This document shows positions 57,997 through 64,000 of a DNA stretch of 64,000 bases, one piece after another. Position numbers and translations under genes: made by a program. Below the pieces are notes generated by a model, which searched no databases, was not told where the DNA came from, and saw only the letters and a list, made by a program, of their open reading frames with translations. Source of the stretch: Patescibacteria group bacterium (lineage in GTDB: Bacteria > Patescibacteriota > Patescibacteriia > UBA1558 > UBA10009); the NCBI GenBank assembly GCA_018817315.1, contig JAHITV010000018.1, positions 12,012 through 76,011 of the forward strand. Direction: 5' to 3'. Positions within the stretch are counted from its first letter, which is position 1; every line of letters begins with the position of its first letter.

Positions 57997-58091
57997 GTAA
58001 TCAGTAATCAGTAACTAGTAACCATGTTTATTTAGGAGTTTATTATAACTAATCCCTGATTACCGATTACTAATTACTAATTACTGATTAC
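57997..58091. repeat. Imperfect long inverted repeat built from GTAATCA/GTAATTA heptads: ggtaatcagtaatcagtaactagtaacc ... ctgattaccgattactaattactaattactgattac
   Basis: Read directly. The same heptad family occurs at 378-458. Confidence 0.6.
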
Positions 58092-58100
58092 TATAAATTT

Positions 58101-58547
58101 ATGCAACAATTTACCGTGCCACAATTTATTGAAGTAGAAGATAAAATTATCGGACCAATTACTGTACGTCAGTTTATTATTATGATTATTGGTGGTTTAT
58201 TTATGTTTTTAGAATATAAGTTATCTGATTTTGTTTTATTTCTTATCTTAGCCATACCTACTTTTGTTATTTTTGGAACTTTTGCCTTTTTAAAAATAAA
58301 TGGTATGCCTTTTCAATATTTTGTACTTAATGTGGTGGAAACTTTAAAAAAACCAAAGATCAGAGTTTGGTTAAAGGAGATTATTACTCCCACTGTTAAG
58401 AAAAAAAACAAGGAAGAACATCCCATTGAGTCATTACCTATAGAAAAACCATTAACAAAATCAAGAATTTCGGATATATCTTTAATAGTTGATACTGGTG
58501 GTATTTATAAGGGTGAAAGCCCGACGGCATCAGAATTTAAAAAATAA
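58101..58547 (+). CDS. Small two-TM membrane protein, VirB3/PrgI-like (T4SS) by size, topology and position
   Basis: 148 aa with two adjacent TM helices, immediately upstream of VirB4. Confidence 0.35.
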   Translation: MQQFTVPQFIEVEDKIIGPITVRQFIIMIIGGLFMFLEYKLSDFVLFLILAIPTFVIFGTFAFLKINGMPFQYFVLNVVETLKKPKIRVWLKEIITPTVKKKNKEEHPIESLPIEKPLTKSRISDISLIVDTGGIYKGESPTASEFKK

Positions 58548-58578
58548 TTAAATATTTATTAGTTTGAGCTGATAGATT

Positions 58579-59265
58579 ATGAAGAAAAATAAATTAGCTA
58601 ATAAAATTTCCATAGTTTCTACGCAAAAGTATTTGGATATTGCAGAAATCCGTGATGATTTGATTATCTTAAAAGATGGTACTGTCCGGGCAGCATTAAT
58701 GATTTCTTCGGTAAATTTTGCTTTAAAAAGTGAAGATGAACAAAACGCTATTATTCAAGCTTATGTTAGTTTTTTGAATTCCTTGGAATTTCCTTTACAA
58801 ATTATGGTGCAGTCTAGAAATTTGAATATTGATAAATATTTGGAGAAATTATCTCGTTTGGAAAAAGAACAAACCAATGAATTAATGAGAATGCAAATTG
58901 CTGATTATCGTGTCTTTTTGCAGGAACTTTTGGAGATTGGTAAAATTATGACTAAGAAATTTTATGTGGTAGTACCTTTTAGCGGAATCAAAAAAGAAAA
59001 AAGGAAATTCTGGGAACGTTTGCTGGACGTTTTTTCTCCAGCAACTTCCATAGTTATGAGCAAAAAGCAGTTTGAAAGATATCGGGAAGAAATTTCCAAA
59101 AGAATTGATTTTGTGGCTAACGGACTTTCCAGTATGGGATTAAATATTGTACAGTTAGACACTCAAAGTTTAATAGAAATTTTTTATAATATTTATAATT
59201 TTCAGTCAGCTGAAACAGAAAAAATGGCTGATGTAAATAAACTTAGAGTTGAGGAAACATTATAA
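58579..59265 (+). CDS. VirB4/TraC N-terminal domain encoded as a separate ORF (split gene or frameshift)
   Basis: 228 aa with no TM. The layout is typical of VirB4 N-terminal regions. The next ORF begins 38 nt downstream in another frame. The combined 855 aa equals a full-length VirB4. Confidence 0.4.
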   Translation: MKKNKLANKISIVSTQKYLDIAEIRDDLIILKDGTVRAALMISSVNFALKSEDEQNAIIQAYVSFLNSLEFPLQIMVQSRNLNIDKYLEKLSRLEKEQTNELMRMQIADYRVFLQELLEIGKIMTKKFYVVVPFSGIKKEKRKFWERLLDVFSPATSIVMSKKQFERYREEISKRIDFVANGLSSMGLNIVQLDTQSLIEIFYNIYNFQSAETEKMADVNKLRVEETL

Positions 59266-59303
59266 AATTTAAAATATCCACCTTTGGTGGAATAAGTAAA
59301 AAG

Positions 59304-61187
59304 ATGGTATTTAAAACTTCAAAAATAGAAGCAGAAGCCGCAGAGGAGAAAAAAAGATCTGCTAAAGCCTCCAAACCACAACTTAAGACCAAAGAACAAA
59401 AGGAGATTTTAGAAGCAGAGAAAGTGTATCGTGAGGGCATAACTTCAATCAAAGATATTATTTCACCTGCCAGCTTTAAAGTTGAACCAAGATTGATAGA
59501 ATTGAATGGTCAGTATTTAACCACTCTCTTTGTTATTAATTATCCTCGTTATATTAGCGTGGGCTGGTTTTCGCCGATTATTAATTACAGTTCTCCTTTA
59601 GATATTTCCATGTTCTTTTATCAGGTCAAAACAGAGATTATTCTTAAACAGTTAAAAAAGAAGGTTGGTGCTTTAGAAGCTCAATTAATGGCTGATGCCG
59701 AAAAAGGCGCGCCTCGTGATCCTTTGCGTGAAACAGCTTTAAGAGATATTGAAAAATTGCGTGATGATTTAACTCAAGGTACTGAAAAATTTTTCCAATT
59801 TGCTTTATATGTAACGATTTACGCCAAAACCAAAGAGGAGTTAGAACTTTTAGTGGAAAGAGTGGAATCAATTTTTGGCTCCAAATTAGTGTATTCTAAA
59901 AGAGCTTTGTATCAGGCAGAACAAGGATTTAATTCCTGCTTGCCTTTAGCTAATGACGAACTACAAATTTCTTTTAATATGAATTCTTCGCCTATTGCTA
60001 CTTCTTTTCCTTTTATTTCTTCGGAACTTACTTCGGACGAAGGAATTTTATACGGCGTTAACCGTCATAACAACAGTCTTATCATTTTTGACCGCTTTAC
60101 TTTACAAAATCCCAATATGGTAGTTTTTGCCACTTCCGGAGCTGGTAAAAGTTATGCGGTAAAGCTGGAAATTTTAAGAAGTATGATGATGGGCACGGAT
60201 GTGATGGTGATTGATCCAGAAAACGAATATAAATATTTATGTGATGCCGTGGGCGGAGCTTATATTAATATTTCCTTAAATTCAGAAAGCAAACTTAATC
60301 CTTTTGATTTACCTAGAGCCACTGAAGAAGCTAAACCAGCAGATATTATCAGGAGCGCAGTAATAACCTTAAAAGGTTTAATTAGATTGATGCTGGGAGA
60401 TTTGACTCATAAGGAAGACTCTATAGTGGACAGAGCTTTAATAGAAACTTATGCTAAAAAAGATATTACGGCAGATAGTGATTTAACCAAAGTTGAACCG
60501 CCATTAATGCAGGATTTTGAAGAAGTGCTTTCGGGCATGGCTGGCGGCGAAGATCTGGTAGAAAGATTAAAGAAATATACGCAAGGCACTTTTGCCGGTT
60601 TACTGAATAGTCCTACTAATATTGATGTTAAGAATCAATTAATTGTTTTTTCGGTTCGTGATCTGGAAGACGAATTAAAACCCTTGGCGATTTATACCAT
60701 TGTCAATTATATCTGGAATATTGTCCGTTCTGAATTAAAGAGACGGATTTTGGTTATTGATGAGGCGTGGTGGCTGATGCAGAGAGAAGACAGCGCTAAG
60801 TTTATTTTTGCCTTGGTTAAACGTTGCCGTAAATATTATTTAGGAGTAACTACCATTACCCAAGATGTTAATGATTTTTTAAATTCTCCTTATGGTCAGG
60901 CCATTGTCACTAATTCTGCTTTACAGTTATTGCTTAAGCAGTCGCCGGCTGCCATTAATATGGTGCAAAAAACTTTTCTCTTAACCGAAGGAGAAAAATA
61001 TTTACTTTTAGAGGGTAATGTGGGCGAAGGTATATTTTTTGCTGGTACTAAACATGTTGCTATTTTAGTCAGAGCTTCTTATACCGAAGATCAAATTATT
61101 ACTTCTGACCCACGGCAGCTTTTGGAAATTGAAGCTTCCAAAAAAGAATTTGATGCCACTCTAGCTACTAAGGAAGAAGGCGAATAA
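59304..61187 (+). CDS. VirB4/TrbE/CagE-family T4SS ATPase (C-terminal ATPase portion)
   Basis: Walker A 'FATSGAGKSYAV', Walker B 'LVIDEAWWLM' and 'GVTTITQD'. Confidence 0.75.
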   Translation: MVFKTSKIEAEAAEEKKRSAKASKPQLKTKEQKEILEAEKVYREGITSIKDIISPASFKVEPRLIELNGQYLTTLFVINYPRYISVGWFSPIINYSSPLDISMFFYQVKTEIILKQLKKKVGALEAQLMADAEKGAPRDPLRETALRDIEKLRDDLTQGTEKFFQFALYVTIYAKTKEELELLVERVESIFGSKLVYSKRALYQAEQGFNSCLPLANDELQISFNMNSSPIATSFPFISSELTSDEGILYGVNRHNNSLIIFDRFTLQNPNMVVFATSGAGKSYAVKLEILRSMMMGTDVMVIDPENEYKYLCDAVGGAYINISLNSESKLNPFDLPRATEEAKPADIIRSAVITLKGLIRLMLGDLTHKEDSIVDRALIETYAKKDITADSDLTKVEPPLMQDFEEVLSGMAGGEDLVERLKKYTQGTFAGLLNSPTNIDVKNQLIVFSVRDLEDELKPLAIYTIVNYIWNIVRSELKRRILVIDEAWWLMQREDSAKFIFALVKRCRKYYLGVTTITQDVNDFLNSPYGQAIVTNSALQLLLKQSPAAINMVQKTFLLTEGEKYLLLEGNVGEGIFFAGTKHVAILVRASYTEDQIITSDPRQLLEIEASKKEFDATLATKEEGE

Positions 61188-61195
61188 CATCATTA

Positions 61196-61780
61196 TTGAT
61201 TAATAAATTTATGAGCAAGAAAAAGAAATTAATTATTCTGGGTGTAATTGTTTTAGTAATTATAGGATTGGCTATTGCCTTGTTACTTTATGAAAAATTT
61301 CCTGGTTCAAAAGTCGGGGACCAAGAGCAAAAAGGAGATTTAGCTGTGGATGAAACTTTACCAAGACTGCCGGATGTTGTAGAAACTTCTAAACCGCAAA
61401 GTCCTTTAACTTCCTTGGAAAGCCGCGTTACCACAGTTGCCAGAAATTTTGCCGAAAGATTTTCCAGTTTTTCCACTGATAGTCAATACAGTAATTTAGA
61501 AGAAGTAGAAGTGCTGGCTAGTGCTCGTTTAATCAAACAATTGGAACAGATTAGGCAAGAGGTAGCAGACAATCAAGGGTATTACGGTATTACTTCCAAA
61601 GTTTTAAAAACAAAAATTAATTTTTTGGATGAAGCAAGCGGCACTGCCGAAGTAACGGTTACCTTGCAGAGAGAAGAAAGTCGTCAGGGGCAGGCACCAG
61701 TGGTTTATTACCAGAATTTGGATTTATCTTTAATTAGTTCTGGTCAAAATTGGTTAGTAGACAAAGTTCAATGGCAGTAA
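61196..61780 (+). CDS. Bitopic membrane protein, VirB8-like candidate (single N-terminal TM + about 160 aa globular domain)
   Basis: Called from topology and T4SS context only. Confidence 0.3.
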   Translation: MINKFMSKKKKLIILGVIVLVIIGLAIALLLYEKFPGSKVGDQEQKGDLAVDETLPRLPDVVETSKPQSPLTSLESRVTTVARNFAERFSSFSTDSQYSNLEEVEVLASARLIKQLEQIRQEVADNQGYYGITSKVLKTKINFLDEASGTAEVTVTLQREESRQGQAPVVYYQNLDLSLISSGQNWLVDKVQWQ

Positions 61781-62634
61781 TACCTAAAACTGATAAAAAT
61801 TTAGAAGCGCTTGATCCGCAAAAGCAGGCAAGAGAGTTTGAACAACAGCAAAAAGAAGTACAAAGAGAATTTAATAAAAGACAGAGAGCTCTAAGAAAAA
61901 GTCAGGTTGATGAAGGTGCAAACAATGGAATAGGGGATGAGATTGCAGGTTTACAGCAAATAACCATGCCTGCTCAAATCACTCCACCTGTATCTGAATC
62001 AGCCGAAGCGCTTGATCCGCAAAAGCAGGCAAGAGAACTTGAAGAACAGCAAAAAGAATTACAAAGAGATTTTAACAAAAGACAGAGAGCTTCAAGAGGT
62101 GGTCAAGATTTAAACATACCTCCACCAATTAGTACTCCACTGTCTAGAAAAGGTAAACCTGCAAAAACCGCAACCGAAACTGCCAGTCAACCGTCAGCAG
62201 ATCAAGCTACAGCTCCTACGGCTGATAATAAAAGATCTTTTCGTCAAAGAGCAAAAGAAGGCCGAGAACGAATGGAAAAAGTTAAAGCTTTAGTAGAGGG
62301 ACCAGCCGCAATAGAAGGCAAGATTCAAAGATTAAAAACCATTTACCGCATAATAAATAGCGGTTCTGCTGTAACTTTGGTTGGTCTTATTGTAACTTTT
62401 TTGGTAATGAATACTCAATTATTTCTGGCTACTTTATCGCCTGTTGCCAAAATTATAAAGATTCCCTTACCTAAATTGAATTGGTTTGAAATAGCTATTA
62501 TCATCTTCTTAGATATTATTTTAGCCGTTATTTTGTTGGCAATAATCTTTGCAATTTATATGATAATTTCCTGTACCGGCGGATTTCTAGGAATTGGCAA
62601 ACCAATTAAATGTCTGTGGGGATTTACCTTTTAA
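61771..62634 (+). CDS. Membrane protein with two near-identical about 30-aa repeats (EALDPQKQARE(F/L)E(Q/E)QQKE(V/L)QR(E/D)FNKRQRA) and C-terminal TM helices
   Basis: Nucleotide repeats of about 90 nt at 61808-61900 and 62017-62110. Three C-terminal hydrophobic helices. Confidence 0.4.
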   Translation: MAVIPKTDKNLEALDPQKQAREFEQQQKEVQREFNKRQRALRKSQVDEGANNGIGDEIAGLQQITMPAQITPPVSESAEALDPQKQARELEEQQKELQRDFNKRQRASRGGQDLNIPPPISTPLSRKGKPAKTATETASQPSADQATAPTADNKRSFRQRAKEGRERMEKVKALVEGPAAIEGKIQRLKTIYRIINSGSAVTLVGLIVTFLVMNTQLFLATLSPVAKIIKIPLPKLNWFEIAIIIFLDIILAVILLAIIFAIYMIISCTGGFLGIGKPIKCLWGFTF

Positions 62635-62649
62635 TGATAAAATAACTAA

Positions 62650-63768
62650 ATGAAGCTCTTAATCTTAAAATCATCTGCTCTTAAAGCTTGTTTAATTTGT
62701 TATCTTGTTTTTGTTATTGTTTTTCTTTTGAGTATGGTGCCTGCAGTTTTTGGTCAGCAGCAAGCTGGGGAAAAATGCAGTCCTGCTAAAGATTCTATTT
62801 TATTAAGTATGCCTATTCCAGGAACTGATTCCTCTCTTTTACAATATAATCAGGCCTGCCAGATGTACGAATTTAAAGGTGATTTAACAGATTATATTAA
62901 AGCGCTTTATAAATTTTTTGTGGGCATTGCCGGGATCCTCGCAGTTTTTATGATTATGTTCGGCGGCATCCAATGGTTATTTTCCGGCGGTAATGCCCAA
63001 AAAGTTTCCTCTGCCAAAGAAACTATTTTTGGTGCGGTAATCGGACTTATTTTAGCCATTGGTTCTTATACTATTTTACAGGTTATTAATCCAAGACTGG
63101 TAAAATTTTCTAGATTGGCTGACATGGTTGTTCAGGTACAAATTGGTTCAAAAGATTGGTATGATGAAAATGGTAGGTGTAAGCCTGCTAATCAACTTCC
63201 TTGTGGTGCATATTGTGAGCCATTAGAGAATGTTGGTGGTGAGCCAGTTTTGGGTGTTTGTAGTTTTTGCACTCCTTCTATTCTTGAAGATAATTATGTC
63301 TCTTGTGGTAAAAGTAAGTTAGGATCTGAATCAACTGAAGGTGAAGGAAATTGCTGGTATGCTCAATGTCCTGTTGATGCTGCTTGTACTTATGTGGGCT
63401 CTTTTTCTTCAGTAATTTCTCCTGGTTCTGTTTTTCAACCTCAATGTAGTGGTACTATAAATATAAGTTCAGGAGAAAAATCCTATACTTATACTTTTAA
63501 CAGAAGATCGGGTATTTTAGACACTTATTATAGTTTAGAATGTGGAAATTTACAAAATCAAATTATAGTTAGGCCCTATGCTTGGTGGAATCCTACTCCA
63601 GTTAGATTGATTGGACATCGTTGGGTGGGTACAGCATGTCCTTATAATAGGAATTGTGTTATTGATATCTCAAAAGGCTATACTATAACCGGAGACATAG
63701 ATTATATACCACTTGTTTCTCATTTTAATTATATTGGTGATTTTAATGATGCTAAATGTATTCCTTAA
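62650..63768 (+). CDS. VirB2/TrbC-pilin-like N-terminal module (signal + two TM) fused to a about 230-aa cysteine-rich extracellular domain
   Basis: 'FVGIAGILAVFMIMFGGIQWLFSGG' and 'AVIGLILAIGSYTILQVI' form a pilin-like hairpin. The C-terminus has 19 Cys. Confidence 0.35.
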   Translation: MKLLILKSSALKACLICYLVFVIVFLLSMVPAVFGQQQAGEKCSPAKDSILLSMPIPGTDSSLLQYNQACQMYEFKGDLTDYIKALYKFFVGIAGILAVFMIMFGGIQWLFSGGNAQKVSSAKETIFGAVIGLILAIGSYTILQVINPRLVKFSRLADMVVQVQIGSKDWYDENGRCKPANQLPCGAYCEPLENVGGEPVLGVCSFCTPSILEDNYVSCGKSKLGSESTEGEGNCWYAQCPVDAACTYVGSFSSVISPGSVFQPQCSGTINISSGEKSYTYTFNRRSGILDTYYSLECGNLQNQIIVRPYAWWNPTPVRLIGHRWVGTACPYNRNCVIDISKGYTITGDIDYIPLVSHFNYIGDFNDAKCIP

Positions 63769-63785
63769 AAATTAAGAGAATTATA

Positions 63786-64000
63786 TGAAATTGCCGTGGA
63801 AAAAAATATTAATCTTTCTGGGTTTTTTAGTTTTTGTTATTTTAATTAGTTATGCTATTTACTATTTTTTCTTTAGACCAGCTGCTACCAGAGAACCGCA
63901 AGTTTATGATCAGTCTCAAATAGCGCTTGAGCCGGGAGAACTGCCGCAAGTTATTAATGCTAATGTGGGAGTGGCTTTACCGGGAGGCATTAGCGGTTTG
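63786..64000 (+). CDS. Hypothetical membrane protein, 5' part (continues beyond the window)
   Basis: ATG at 63786 and an open frame to the window end. It has an N-terminal TM (MKLPWKKILIFLGFLVFVILISYAIYYFFF). Confidence 0.4.

Overview
This window is low-GC, gene-dense bacterial DNA with a Candidate-Phyla-Radiation/Patescibacteria-like character: small proteome, T4SS-like and type IV pilus genes, and giant cysteine-rich surface proteins. Housekeeping genes include nrdJ (class II ribonucleotide reductase), leuS, rsmA, tsaC, efp, the rpsF-ssb-rpsR operon, pilT, dedA, and three tRNAs (Ile, Val, Arg).

Four things stand out.

(1) A roughly 20-kb tandem array of ten divergent paralogous genes (35465-53745). 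Each encodes a variable 300-430 aa N-terminal domain followed by a conserved C-terminal PEP-utilizing-enzyme phosphohistidine 'swivel' domain with the signature TDEGG-x-T-C/S-HAAIVSRELKIPCVIGT. A separate 326-aa protein nearby (55813-56793) is a stand-alone PEP-synthase/rifampin-phosphotransferase-type ATP-grasp domain. Interspersed with the array are two histidine-phosphatase-like paralogs, an aminoglycoside phosphotransferase (APH)/choline-kinase-like kinase, a RelE/Phd toxin-antitoxin pair and a HAD-like hydrolase. This looks like a split, combinatorial dikinase/phosphotransferase system and is the best candidate for a previously undescribed system.

(2) A cobalamin-salvage island. It runs nrdJ, then a candidate cobalamin riboswitch with a terminator/antiterminator platform, then a secreted transcobalamin-like protein (alpha/alpha-toroid repeats plus a DUF4430-like domain), cobA (adenosyltransferase), a small DUF4430 protein and a small 6-TM membrane protein.

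(3) Unusual tRNA loci. One is a tRNA-Arg(UCG) gene nested inside a 140-nt insertion that splits a second tRNA-like gene at its anticodon arm. The other is a tRNA with a 20-nt perfect palindrome inserted in its D-loop.

(4) A split T4SS-like locus: VirB6-like, a giant 2770-aa Cys-rich protein with CBM-like domains, VirB3-like, a VirB4 split into two ORFs, and a pilin-like protein with a Cys-rich tail.

Several hairpin-repeat families also flank a small cassette-like ORF and the tRNA cluster.
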